From Phycicoccus sp. (lineage in GTDB: Bacteria; Actinomycetota; Actinomycetes; Actinomycetales; Dermatophilaceae): DNA of 64,000 nucleotides. Positions 10,234 through 21,061 of this stretch are shown piece by piece. The stretch spans positions 6,089 through 70,088 of the forward strand of contig DAOLRO010000001.1 of the NCBI GenBank assembly GCA_035418665.1, given 5' to 3'. The translations under genes were made by a program, and so were the position numbers. The notes beneath the pieces are model-generated. The model did not search any database and was not told the DNA's origin. It worked only from the letters and a program-made list of their open reading frames with translations. The first letter of the stretch is position 1. Each line of letters opens with the position of its first letter.

Positions 10234-10668
10234 ACCCACCGCGCTACGGCGCAGTAGGTGCTGCTCCAACGGCATTTACTGCGCCGTAGCCAGCGCGACG
10301 CGGAAGCGGTTCGGTGGGCAGAACGCACAAGCGAGCCCACGGCATACCCAAGATTTTTCTTGGGTCAGGCGTGGGCGATCGGTTCCTGGGGCGTGGCTCG
10401 AGCCGTCGACACCGGCGCCAGGTCCGTGCAGGTCGGTGACAAGCAGTGGTCGCGGTCGCGAGCGAGCTCGGCCCTGACGTGGTCCACCTCCTCCACCCCG
10501 CAACCCCAGACCCGCGTCGTCCTCACCCTCTGAACCCACCGCGCTACGGCGCAGTAGGTGCTGCTCCAACGGCATTTACTGCGCCGTAGCCAGCGCGACG
10601 CGGAAGCGGTTCGGTGGGCAGAACGCACAAGCGAGCCCACGGCATACCCAAGATTTTTCTTGGGTCAG
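10066..10668. repeat. Exact 300-bp tandem duplication (10066-10365 = 10366-10665)
   Basis: Line-by-line identity at offset 300. Duplicates the last ~55 codons of the upstream gene and its downstream hairpins. Confidence 0.97.
10243..10290. repeat. Long-stem hairpin (second copy at 10543-10590)
   Basis: GCTACGGCGCAGTA...TACTGCGCCGTAGC 14-bp perfect arms, extendable with G-U pairs. Confidence 0.85.
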
Positions 10669-10680
10669 CCGTGGGCTCGC
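10631..10680. terminator. Hairpin between convergent genes, carrying a CGGCATAC motif
   Basis: GCGAGCCCACGGCATACCCAAGA-tttt-TCTTGGGTCAGCCGTGGGCTCGC; 23-bp arms with 2 mismatches; 20 nt after the gltA stop. Confidence 0.75.
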
Positions 10681-10699
10681 GTTTCGTCGAGGCGTTGCC

Positions 10700-11992
<1,293 letters not shown>

Positions 11993-12163
11993 CCGTCACG
12001 TCCTTCACAGGTGAGTGGCTGTGGGCGGGCGCCGCAGGGTTGGGCGACGTCGCCGTTTCATCCCGACCCTACCGTCGCGTCCGGATCGAGGGTCAATCGG
12101 TCCGCGCGGTGAGGGTCAGCGGCGGGCTGACCATGAACGCGTGCGAAGTGTCGGGGCAAGATC

Positions 12164-13870
12164 TCACGTCTGCGGATGGTGGAGGTCGACGGCCGGACGC
12201 TCGGAGCGGATCCTCGGGATCGAGTCGAAGTTGTGTCTCGGCGGCGGGCAGGAGGTCGCCCACTCGAGACCTGCCCCGAAGCCCCAGGGGTCATCACTCG
12301 CGACGAGCGGGGCGCGGCGCCACGTCACCCAGACGTTCCAGAGGAAGACCAAGGTCGAGGCCCCCAGGAGGAAGGCGCCCACGGAGGACACGTCGTTCAT
12401 CCACTGGAAGCCGTCCTCGGGCAGGTAGTCGGCGTACCGGCGCGGCATGCCCTGCATCCCCAGGACGTGCTGGATGAGGAAGGTCATGTGGAAGCCGATG
12501 AAGAGCATCCAGAAGTGAATCTTGCCCAGGCGCTCGTCGAGCATCCGTCCAGTCAACTTCGGCCACCAGAAGTAGTAGCCGGAGAACATCGCGAAGACGA
12601 CGGTGCCGAAGACGGTGTAGTGGAAGTGGGCCACGATGAAGTAGGTGTCGGTGACGTGGAAGTCGATGGCGGGGCTCGCGATGATCACCCCGGTCAGGCC
12701 GCCGAAGAGGAAGGTCGCCATGAAGCCGAGCGCGAAGATCATCGGCGTGGCGAAACTCAACTGCCCCCGCCACATGGTCCCCAGCCAGTTGAAGAACTTC
12801 ACTCCGGTGGGCACGGCAATGAGCATCGACATGATGGCGAAGAACGGCAGCAACACCTGACCCGTGCCGTACATGTGGTGGGCCCAGACCGACACCGAGA
12901 GCGCCGAGATCGCAATCGTCGAGAAGACCATGGTCTTGTAGCCGAAGAGCGGCTTCCGGCTGAAGCACGGGATGACCTCGGAGATGATCCCGAAGAAGGG
13001 CAACGCGATGATGTAGACCTCGGGGTGCCCGAAGAACCAGAAGATGTGCTGCCACAGCATCGGCCCACCGTTGTCAGGGTCGAAGACGTGGGCGCCGAAC
13101 CGCCGGTCCGCGCCCAGGGCGAAGAGCGCCGCCGCGAGGGCCGGGAAGACCAAGATCACGAGGATCGACGTGAGCAATACGGTCCACGTGAACAACGGCA
13201 ACCGGAACATCGTCATCCCGGGGGCTCGCATCGTGAGGATCGTGGTGATGAAGTTGACGGAGCCGAGGATGGTGCCGAACCCCGACAGCGCCAGCCCGAA
13301 CACCCACAGGTCGCCACCGAGGCCGGGGCTGTAGGACACGTCCGACAGCGGCGCATACGCGAACCAGCCGAAGGCCGCCGCTCCCCCGGGCGTGAGGAAG
13401 CCACCGATGGCGATCAGCCCGCCGAAGAGGTAGAGCCAGTAGGACAGCATGTTGAGGCGGGGGAAGGACACGTCCGGAGCGCCGATTTGCAGGGGCATGA
13501 TCGCATTGGCAAAACCGGCGAAGAGCGGGGTGGCGAAGAGCAGCAACATGATCGTGCCGTGCATCGTGAAGAGTTGGTTGAACTGCTCGGGGTTGTCGAC
13601 AATATCGAGCCCCGGTTGCCACAACTCGGCCCGGATGAGCATCGCCAACGCTCCCCCGATGAGGAAGAACGCGAACGTCGTCGCGAAGTAGAGGTTGCCG
13701 ATCACCTTGTGGTCGGTCGTGGTGATGATGCGCACGATGCGCTCCCCCGGCCTGGCAGGCGGGGTGCGAAGGAGGGATCGGGACCGGTCGGTCAGAGTCG
13801 CCGGAGCAGCATTGGGTATGCCGTGGGGCTGGCCCGTGGAGGCCGGGCGGATCCTTGGTTGGATCGCCAT
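12164..13870 (-). CDS. ctaD: Cytochrome c oxidase subunit I
   Basis: [42 protein letters not shown]. Confidence 0.96.
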   Translation of the reverse strand: MAIQPRIRPASTGQPHGIPNAAPATLTDRSRSLLRTPPARPGERIVRIITTTDHKVIGNLYFATTFAFFLIGGALAMLIRAELWQPGLDIVDNPEQFNQLFTMHGTIMLLLFATPLFAGFANAIMPLQIGAPDVSFPRLNMLSYWLYLFGGLIAIGGFLTPGGAAAFGWFAYAPLSDVSYSPGLGGDLWVFGLALSGFGTILGSVNFITTILTMRAPGMTMFRLPLFTWTVLLTSILVILVFPALAAALFALGADRRFGAHVFDPDNGGPMLWQHIFWFFGHPEVYIIALPFFGIISEVIPCFSRKPLFGYKTMVFSTIAISALSVSVWAHHMYGTGQVLLPFFAIMSMLIAVPTGVKFFNWLGTMWRGQLSFATPMIFALGFMATFLFGGLTGVIIASPAIDFHVTDTYFIVAHFHYTVFGTVVFAMFSGYYFWWPKLTGRMLDERLGKIHFWMLFIGFHMTFLIQHVLGMQGMPRRYADYLPEDGFQWMNDVSSVGAFLLGASTLVFLWNVWVTWRRAPLVASDDPWGFGAGLEWATSCPPPRHNFDSIPRIRSERPAVDLHHPQT

Positions 13871-13903
13871 TTCATTAAATTACATCGAACGATGTGAAAA
13901 AAG
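13871..13903 (-). promoter_or_regulatory. AT-rich ctaD promoter region with short inverted repeat
   Basis: TTCATTAAATTACATCGAACGATGTGAAAAAAG; ACATCG-aa-CGATGT at 13882-13895 just upstream of the ATG. Confidence 0.45.
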
Positions 13904-13922
13904 GGTCTCGGGGACCGACAAA

Positions 13923-15077
13923 TCAGGAGGCGTTGCCCCGAAGCCTCTCAACCGCGGTGGCGATGCGTTCGTCCGTGGCCGTGAGCGCCATGCGCACGTG
14001 TCGTTCCCCCGCTCGCCCGTAGAAGGCGCCGGGGGCGACGAGAATGCCGAGATCAGCCAGCCGTGCCACCGTCGCCCACGAGTCCTCGCCGGCCGTGCAC
14101 CACAGATAGAGGCCGGCCTCGGAGTCGTCCACGCGCAGGCCCCACTGCTCGACGGCCGGTCGGAGGCGGGCCCGCCGATCGGCATAGCGAGCCCTGATCT
14201 CGGCGACATGAGCGTCGTCCCGCAACCCCGCCAGCAGTGCCCGCTGGACCGGCCACGGGACCATGAAGCCGGCATGCTTGCGGACCTCGAGCACCCGCCG
14301 GACGAGAGCGGGGTCGCCCGCCACGAACGCCGCGCGATAACCCGCGAGGTTGGACTGCTTGGACAGCGAATAGCAGACCAAGAGTCCTTCGGTGGATCCG
14401 CCCGTGACCCGCGGGTCGAGCAGGGATGGGGTCGTCGGCGGCTCGGCATCCCAGTCGATCGACCCGTCGCCAGCGTCGTCACGGTCACGCCAGTCCAGCT
14501 CGGCATAGCACTCGTCCGACGCGACGATCACCCCGTGAGCGCGAGCCCAGTCGACGACCTTGCGCAGGTGCCCGACGCCGAGGACCTTGCCCGTCGGGTT
14601 GCCAGGGGTGTTGAGCCACAACAACTTCGGAGTGGTCGAGGGCGTCAGCGGCCCGAGGCTGGTCAGCGAGTCGACGGCCAGCGGGGTTGCCCCGGCCAGC
14701 CGGGCACCGACGTCGTAGGTCGGATAGGCCGCGCGCGGGAAGCCGACGATGTCACCGGGGCCGAGGTCGAGCAGGGTCGGCAGCCAGGCCACGAGTTCCT
14801 TCGACCCCACCGTCGGGATGATCCCGTCGGGATCGAGACCGGGCACGCCGCGTCGACGGGCGAACCACTCCACGACGGCCTCACGCAGGTCCGGGGTGCC
14901 CCAAGTCTGCGGATATCCGGGGGCATCGGCCGCCTCCCGGAGCGCCGTCTGCAACACCGACGGCGTCGGGTCCACCGGTGTCCCGATGGAGAGATCCACG
15001 ATCCCGCCTGGCGCTGCGGCAGCCCGCTCGCGAAAGGGGACGAGCGAATCCCACGGGAAGTCGGGAAGGGTGCGCAC
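13923..15077 (-). CDS. dapC: N-succinyldiaminopimelate aminotransferase
   Basis: LPDFPWDSL, DLSIGTPVDP, NTPGNPTG, SDECY, SLSKQSNLAGYR; follows fdxA. GTG at 15077 after a GAGGGG RBS (alternative start 15107). Confidence 0.92.
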   Translation of the reverse strand: MRTLPDFPWDSLVPFRERAAAAPGGIVDLSIGTPVDPTPSVLQTALREAADAPGYPQTWGTPDLREAVVEWFARRRGVPGLDPDGIIPTVGSKELVAWLPTLLDLGPGDIVGFPRAAYPTYDVGARLAGATPLAVDSLTSLGPLTPSTTPKLLWLNTPGNPTGKVLGVGHLRKVVDWARAHGVIVASDECYAELDWRDRDDAGDGSIDWDAEPPTTPSLLDPRVTGGSTEGLLVCYSLSKQSNLAGYRAAFVAGDPALVRRVLEVRKHAGFMVPWPVQRALLAGLRDDAHVAEIRARYADRRARLRPAVEQWGLRVDDSEAGLYLWCTAGEDSWATVARLADLGILVAPGAFYGRAGERHVRMALTATDERIATAVERLRGNAS

Positions 15078-15152
15078 CCGGCATACCCCCTCAGATGGCG
15101 GCGTCACCCAAAGGTGACCACCGGCCGGTGCTCGTGGATCGGGTGACCCGGA

Positions 15153-15479
15153 TCAGTGGTCGTGGACCTGGGGCGGGAGGGCGGCGATGAGCGGGTGGTC
15201 CTTGGGGATCATGCCCATCTTGGCGGCCCCACCCGGGCTGCCCAGGTCATCGAAGAACTCGACGTTGGCCTTGTAGTAGTCGGCCCACTGCTCGGGGGTG
15301 TCGTCCTCGTAGTAGATCGCCTCGACCGGACACACCGGCTCGCACGCGCCGCAGTCGACGCATTCGTCCGGATGGATGTAGAGACTGCGCTCGCCCTCGT
15401 AGATGCAGTCCACCGGACATTCTTCGATGCAGGCCTTGTCCTTGAGGTCCACACACGGCTGGGCGATCACGTACGTCAT
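15153..15479 (-). CDS. fdxA: 7Fe ferredoxin
   Basis: MTYVIAQPCVDLKDKACIEECPVDCIY..CVDCGACEPVCP. Confidence 0.96.
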   Translation of the reverse strand: MTYVIAQPCVDLKDKACIEECPVDCIYEGERSLYIHPDECVDCGACEPVCPVEAIYYEDDTPEQWADYYKANVEFFDDLGSPGGAAKMGMIPKDHPLIAALPPQVHDH

Positions 15480-15500
15480 GCGCCACATACTATGCGCCCC

Positions 15501-16646
15501 ATGGGTGCTGACGTGGACGCTGTCGCGCTCGGCAGCCGGGTCGTGATCCGCCACCGGCTGCCCGGGCCGGACGCCTTCGGACACACCCTGAGCGATGTCG
15601 TGGGCCAGCTCAACGGCCGTGACGACTCCTCCCTCACCGTCCTCACCAGACGCGGCGAAGTCCGCGTCGACCGGGACCTCATCACGGTCGTCAAGGTGGT
15701 GCCGCCCCGTCCCGCGCGGCGCGGTGCTGCCCATCGCGCGCTGTCCGTCGACGGGATGCAGGAGGTCATGGTCGGCGCGTGGGGCGCCCTCGAGCGCCAG
15801 TGGCTCGGCCGTTGGCAGTTGCGTGCCGCTCGCGGCTACACGCAGCGCGCCAATTCCGTTGCCCTGCTGGGCGACCCGGGCATGCCCCTCACCGAGGCCG
15901 TGGATCGCGCAAAGACTTGGTATGCCGTGCGCTCCCTCCCGCTCAACGTGACCCTCGCCGGGCCGGTCGGCTTCGAGGCAGCGCAGGACCCGGTAGGGGC
16001 CCTGCTCATCGGGCTCGGCGCGCAGGAGTCGGAGCGCTGCCACACGATGACCGCCGACACGGCCTCCGTGGTCGCGGCGCTGCCAGCAACGTCTGCTGCC
16101 AGAGTCGAGGTGGCCAGCGAACTGACCGACGCCTGGTTGGGCGCCCATCACGGCTACCGGTCCTCCGCCGGTCTGTCCGCGAGTGGGATCGCCGACGAGG
16201 GCTGGGTGGACACCGCCCGGGCCGTCCTCACGGGCTCACCGGCCCAACTCTTCGCCACCGTCACCGACGACGGGACGCCTGAGGGTGCGGTCGTCGCTGT
16301 CGGCCGCGCTGGACTCACGCCCGGGTGGGCCGGATTGGGGTCGGTCTGGGTCGATCCGGCCGCTCGCGGCCAGGGGCTTGCCCGGGCCGTCACTCGAGCA
16401 CTGCTCGAGCGCTCTCTGGACCACGGCGCCCGGTCCACCCACCTCCAGGTCCTCTCGAGCAACGCACCGGCGCGGGCCCTCTACGAGGACATGGGCTTCC
16501 AGCCACACCACGACTATGTCAACCTCATCCAGGCCCCAGTCGAGTGGTCACTTGATGAACGAATAAGTGGGTCCATTCCGTCATCAAGTGACCACTCGAC
16601 ACGGGACAGTGGGCCGATCACAGCGCAACGGGAGGATCACGCATGA
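15501..16646 (+). CDS. GNAT family N-acetyltransferase
   Basis: RAARGYTQRANS, VDPAARGQGLA, NAPARALYEDMGF. Confidence 0.85.
   Translation: MGADVDAVALGSRVVIRHRLPGPDAFGHTLSDVVGQLNGRDDSSLTVLTRRGEVRVDRDLITVVKVVPPRPARRGAAHRALSVDGMQEVMVGAWGALERQWLGRWQLRAARGYTQRANSVALLGDPGMPLTEAVDRAKTWYAVRSLPLNVTLAGPVGFEAAQDPVGALLIGLGAQESERCHTMTADTASVVAALPATSAARVEVASELTDAWLGAHHGYRSSAGLSASGIADEGWVDTARAVLTGSPAQLFATVTDDGTPEGAVVAVGRAGLTPGWAGLGSVWVDPAARGQGLARAVTRALLERSLDHGARSTHLQVLSSNAPARALYEDMGFQPHHDYVNLIQAPVEWSLDERISGSIPSSSDHSTRDSGPITAQREDHA
16539..16600. repeat. 20-bp perfect inverted repeat inside the GNAT 3' end
   Basis: GTCGAGTGGTCACTTGATGA (16539-16558) and TCATCAAGTGACCACTCGAC (16581-16600). Confidence 0.9.
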
Positions 16647-17323
16647 CCCAGCTGACCGGCATACCCGATCCCCCGCTCTCCACGGACGAACTGCTCGACT
16701 ACGCCCGCGCCGCAAAGGGATTCATGCCCGAGGACGAGGGCGACCTGCTCTTCGTCGTGGCTCGAGACGCCCTGGAGCACGGTCCCGGAGTCGAGATCGG
16801 CACCTGGTGTGGCAAGTCCGCGGTCATCCTCGGCGCCGCAGCCCGCGAGGCCGGTTCGGTCGTCTTCACCGTCGATCACCACCGAGGGTCGGAGGAGAAC
16901 CAGCCCGGCTGGGAGTGGCACGACCCCACGCTCGTCGACCCCGAGGTCGGTCGGATCGACACCCTGCCCTTCTTCCGGCGGACGATCACCGGAGCCGGGC
17001 TCGAGGAGGAGGTCGTCGGCATCGTGGGGCGGGCGCCGACAGTGGCCCGGCACTGGGGCACCCCCTTGGCCTTCCTGTTCATCGACGGCGGGCACACGGA
17101 CGAACACGTCACGAACGACTACGAGGGCTTTGCCCGGTGGGTCAGTCGAGGCGGGATCCTGGTCATCCACGACGTCTTCGAGCGGCCCGAGGATGGCGGG
17201 CAGCCACCCTGGCGGGTCTACCGCCGCGCGGTGACGAGTGGGGATTGGGACCTCGTGACCCACCGCGGCTCGATGCGCGTCCTCCGGAGGACCGGCGGCG
17301 ACGCGGGCGACGAGGTCCGTTGA
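16643..17323 (+). CDS. Class I SAM methyltransferase (Methyltransf_24)
   Basis: KGFMPEDEG, VEIGTWCGKS, VDHHRGSEE, FIDGGH, HDVF. Confidence 0.9.
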   Translation: MTQLTGIPDPPLSTDELLDYARAAKGFMPEDEGDLLFVVARDALEHGPGVEIGTWCGKSAVILGAAAREAGSVVFTVDHHRGSEENQPGWEWHDPTLVDPEVGRIDTLPFFRRTITGAGLEEEVVGIVGRAPTVARHWGTPLAFLFIDGGHTDEHVTNDYEGFARWVSRGGILVIHDVFERPEDGGQPPWRVYRRAVTSGDWDLVTHRGSMRVLRRTGGDAGDEVR

Positions 17324-17329
17324 CGAGCC

Positions 17330-17881
17330 TCAGAATTGGGAGACGTGGCTGATGCAGCCCTGGATGTCACCGATGATGTCAGCGGGCACCCCGGCATCCT
17401 CGAGGTGCGAGCGGCACCAGAACTTCCCGTAGAACCCGAAGCTGCCGAGGTTGACCCACTGGCCATCGACGTAGTGATGGAAGAACAGGCCGCCATCGCC
17501 GAGCTTGGCCTCGGCCACGGCCCAACTGCCTCGACACCGCTCCAGGGCAAGGTCGTAGGCATCGCGTGACGGCAGTCCGGGCTCGGCACAGTGGTCGACC
17601 GGAGCGGGGGGTGCGGTCTCGGCAGGAGGCGCGGGCGCTCCTGTGGCATCCTGCGCCGCGACCACGGTGTCGGCTCCCGGCGAAGGGGTCACGGTGACCG
17701 TCGCCACGGGCACTGACACGGTCACGGTCACCTCCGAGCCAGCCCCAGAGGTGGCATCGGCTCCGCAGCCGGCCACCACGAGCAGCCCGGCCCCCACGAT
17801 GAACGCAAGGGGTGGGAGGTGGAAGGAGCCAGACCTGGACCGGTGCACTCGTCGATCCTCGCGCGTCGGGCGGCCGCTCAT
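17330..17881 (-). CDS. Hypothetical lipoprotein
   Basis: LVVAGC lipobox, Thr/Pro-rich linker, small Cys-containing C-terminal domain. Start uncertain. Confidence 0.6.
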   Translation of the reverse strand: MSGRPTREDRRVHRSRSGSFHLPPLAFIVGAGLLVVAGCGADATSGAGSEVTVTVSVPVATVTVTPSPGADTVVAAQDATGAPAPPAETAPPAPVDHCAEPGLPSRDAYDLALERCRGSWAVAEAKLGDGGLFFHHYVDGQWVNLGSFGFYGKFWCRSHLEDAGVPADIIGDIQGCISHVSQF

Positions 17882-17903
17882 CGAGTCCACACTTCTGGGG
17901 ACG

Positions 17904-18929
17904 TCAGGTGAGGCGGAAGATGCCTGCTCCGCCGGAGTGATCGGTGACCGCGTCGATCGCCAACAGGACCGCGGCCGACGTCCACGTCGAGCGTTCGAGG
18001 GGCCAACGGACCCCTTCGACATAGACCTGGCCGGTCCAATAGGAACCGTCGGTTTCCCGCAAGTGCTGGATCGACCGGATGAGTTGCTTGGCCCCGTCGC
18101 GGTCCCCGATCGCGTCAAGGGACAGCGCCAGTTCGCACGTCTCGGCCCCCGTCACCCACGGATGGTCAGCGACGCAGTGGATGCCGAGACCGGGCCGGAC
18201 GAACTCGTCCCACCGCTTCTCCAGCCGCTCCCGCGCCGCCTCACCGCGCAGGGCACCACCGAGGACCGGGTAGTACCAGTCCATCGAATATCGGGAGTTG
18301 TCGATGAAGAGCGCCTCGTGATCACGGACTGCTTCGGCCAGACGCACGCGGGCTCGCGCCCAGGCGACCGCTGACTCCCCCACCCCCACGAGTTCAGCCA
18401 GGAGGATCCCACAGTCGAGGGAGTGCACGATGCTCGAACTGCCCGCGAGGAGCGCGGTGTCCCAGAGCGTGCCGTCCGCGCTTTCGTTCCAGGAGATGCC
18501 GCCCCACTCGAGTTGGCGGGCCACGACCCAGTCGAGGGCTCGGCGCACGTGCGGCCACATCACGTCGACGAAATCACGATCCTGGCGCACGAGCCAGTGG
18601 TGCCAGGCCCCGACGGCGATGTAGGCCACCTGATTGGAGTCCGCACTGGCGTCCTCGACGACACCGCGGGTCGAGCGCATCGGCCAGGTGCCGCCAGGAC
18701 GCTGGGTCTCTCGGAGCCACAGGTAGGCCCGATCTGCGGCCTCGTGCTCTCCGAAGGCCGTCATGGCCATGGCTGATTCGGTGTGGTTCCACGCATCGAC
18801 GTGCCGACGGCGCTCCCACCCGAAGGCTCCATCGGCCTCCTGGCAGGTCGCGAGCCATGCCGCGGTCTGCCGGGCTTCGGCCAGGGTCGGCATCCGCTCG
18901 GGGAAGCAGGCGTGGACAGGTCTGACCAT
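17904..18929 (-). CDS. Prenyltransferase/squalene-oxidase-repeat-like (alpha/alpha barrel) protein
   Basis: QEADGAFGW, DAWNHTESAMA, QRPGGTW, SMDWYYPVLGG, PWVTGAETCEL. Confidence 0.8.
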   Translation of the reverse strand: MVRPVHACFPERMPTLAEARQTAAWLATCQEADGAFGWERRRHVDAWNHTESAMAMTAFGEHEAADRAYLWLRETQRPGGTWPMRSTRGVVEDASADSNQVAYIAVGAWHHWLVRQDRDFVDVMWPHVRRALDWVVARQLEWGGISWNESADGTLWDTALLAGSSSIVHSLDCGILLAELVGVGESAVAWARARVRLAEAVRDHEALFIDNSRYSMDWYYPVLGGALRGEAARERLEKRWDEFVRPGLGIHCVADHPWVTGAETCELALSLDAIGDRDGAKQLIRSIQHLRETDGSYWTGQVYVEGVRWPLERSTWTSAAVLLAIDAVTDHSGGAGIFRLT

Positions 18930-18949
18930 GAGGATCCGTATGCCGGGGC

Positions 18950-19663
18950 TCAGGCAGGCTTGTGGCAGTAGAGGACCACGGACTTGGAGATGACGGGGTT
19001 GAGCACTCGATCAGCCGTCCGGGTCAGGGTCGGCGCCTGCATGATGTCCCAGACGAGGAGCCGGTGATAGGCCTTGACGAGCGGATTGTCGTCGTTGTCG
19101 ACGCCGACCGCGCACTTGAGCCACCAGTACGGCGAGTGCAGGGCGTGGGCGAAGGAGTGGCCCTCCACGGTGAAGCCGGCTCGCGTCAACTTGGCAGTGA
19201 GTTCGTCCTCCTTGTAGATGCGCACGTGCCCGCCCTCAACCTCGTGGTAGGCATCCGACAGCATCCAGTTGATCTTCTCGGCGAACCACCGCGGCACGGT
19301 CACGGCCAGCACCCCACCGGGCGCGAGGACACGGAAGAGCTCGGCAATCGCCTTCTCGTCCTCCGGGATGTGCTCGAGGATCTCGGCCGCGATGATGCGA
19401 TCGAACTCACCGTCGGCAAAGGGCAGGGCGAGAGCGTCACCCTCGACCGTGCGCGCAGCCGCCTCGGCCGGCACCTCTCCCTCGGCCGCCATGGCCTCGA
19501 ACATCACACCGACCTCGTCGAGATCCTTGACACTCTGATCGAGGGCAGTGACGTCGGCCCCACGGCGATAGAGCTCGAAGGCGTGGCGGCCGGCGCCGCA
19601 GCCCATGTCGAGCACCTTCTCGCCCGGACGCACGCCGAAGCGATCGAAGTCAACGGTCAACAT
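18950..19663 (-). CDS. Class I SAM methyltransferase (Methyltransf_11)
   Basis: MLTVDFDR, VLDMGCGAGRH, AEILEHIPED, HALHSPYWWLKC. Confidence 0.9.
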   Translation of the reverse strand: MLTVDFDRFGVRPGEKVLDMGCGAGRHAFELYRRGADVTALDQSVKDLDEVGVMFEAMAAEGEVPAEAAARTVEGDALALPFADGEFDRIIAAEILEHIPEDEKAIAELFRVLAPGGVLAVTVPRWFAEKINWMLSDAYHEVEGGHVRIYKEDELTAKLTRAGFTVEGHSFAHALHSPYWWLKCAVGVDNDDNPLVKAYHRLLVWDIMQAPTLTRTADRVLNPVISKSVVLYCHKPA

Positions 19664-19666
19664 GCG

Positions 19667-20947
19667 TCAGATCCCTGCCTGCGTGGACACGGTGGGGCGC
19701 GAGCTTCGATCGCCGCGCGCCTGGTGGATGGCGTGTTCGTAGATCTTTGCCGTGGCCCTCGCGACGGCCTCCCACGAGAAGGTGGTCCGAGCCCGCTCTC
19801 GGGCCGCCTGACCCATGCGCTCGCGGCGATCGGGATCGTCGAGCAGAGCCCCGAGCGCAGCGGTCAGTGCCTCGGCGTCACCGGCGGGAACGATGTCGGC
19901 ACACAGACCGGGCTCGCCGACCACTTCGGGGATCGCTCCGCCATCACTGACGACGAGGGGCGTCCCGCAGGCCATCGCCTCCAACGTCGGGAGCGAGAAG
20001 CCCTCGTAGAGCGAAGGGACGCAGACGATCTCGGCCGAGCCCATCGTCGCGGCCAGGTCCTCGACGGACAGGCCATGGACGAAGGTGACGATGTCGCCGA
20101 TGCCGAGTCGGTCGACCAGTCGTTCGGTCACTCCGCCGGCGGTGGGCTTGGTGACCAGTGTGAGCGTGACATCCCGCTCGGTGCGCAACTTGGCCAAGGA
20201 CTCGAGCAGGGTCGCGATGCCCTTCAGCGGGGAATCGGCCGACGCCATCGCGACGATGCGCCCGGGGACTCGCTTCCCGGCATACGGCGCAAAGACCTCC
20301 GGCTGCACGCCCAAGGGAATGACATCGATGCGCTCGGGGTCGACGCCGAACTCGCGCGCGATGTCGACGGCAGAGCTCTGCGACACCGTGACGATGTGCT
20401 TGAGCCCTCGGGCGACCTTGCCCTGCATCCGGAGGAAGCCGTACCAGCGTCGGAGAGAGAGCTTCTTGCGAAGGGTCGGCGCCGCTGCGAGGTCGAGCTT
20501 CCGGTCCATGGTGATGGGGTGGTGGATGCTCGCCACGAGGGGCAGGCCGAGTTCCTGGAGTTCGAGGACACCGTGGGCCAAGGTCTGGTTGTCATGGATG
20601 ACGTCGAAGGTCTTGAGCGCATCCAGATGCTGCGCGACGAGGCGCTTGCCGAAGGTCCAGGGTTCCGGGAACCCAGCCGTGCACATGGTGGCGAACTCGA
20701 GGACGTCGATCCGGTCACGGAACTCCCGCAGGTGTGGGACCCGGAAGGGATCGGGCTCCCGATAGAGGTCCAGGCTCGGCACCTTGACGAGGTCGACCCC
20801 GGGGTCGAGTTCGGGGTAGGGCTGTCCGGAGAAGACCGTCACCTCATGGCCGAGGGCGACGAGCTCCCGAGAGAGATGCCGAAGGTAGATCCCTTGCCCC
20901 CCGCAATGGGCCTTGGATCGATAGGACAGCAACGCAACACGCACCAC
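19667..20947 (-). CDS. Glycosyltransferase family 4
   Basis: LSYRSKAHCGGQG; PSLYEGFSLPTLEAMACG (EX7E). Confidence 0.92.
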   Translation of the reverse strand: MVRVALLSYRSKAHCGGQGIYLRHLSRELVALGHEVTVFSGQPYPELDPGVDLVKVPSLDLYREPDPFRVPHLREFRDRIDVLEFATMCTAGFPEPWTFGKRLVAQHLDALKTFDVIHDNQTLAHGVLELQELGLPLVASIHHPITMDRKLDLAAAPTLRKKLSLRRWYGFLRMQGKVARGLKHIVTVSQSSAVDIAREFGVDPERIDVIPLGVQPEVFAPYAGKRVPGRIVAMASADSPLKGIATLLESLAKLRTERDVTLTLVTKPTAGGVTERLVDRLGIGDIVTFVHGLSVEDLAATMGSAEIVCVPSLYEGFSLPTLEAMACGTPLVVSDGGAIPEVVGEPGLCADIVPAGDAEALTAALGALLDDPDRRERMGQAARERARTTFSWEAVARATAKIYEHAIHQARGDRSSRPTVSTQAGI

Positions 20948-21061
20948 GAAAGACTAAGCGACGTCGACGGGCCTGCTGATTCCCTGATCCCGGTGGTGAT
21001 CCGTCTCACTCCCGCCGGTGGCAGCCGCGATGACACCCTTGGCCGACATCCTCGGATGAGC

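Noticed and set aside
10258-10533. 91-aa ORF in the duplicated segment
   Set aside because: Chimera of hairpin sequence and the duplicated C-terminus of the upstream gene, with no credible start or RBS.
10066-10680. Possible CRISPR array
   Set aside because: Only two 300-bp copies, no unique spacers and no cas genes.
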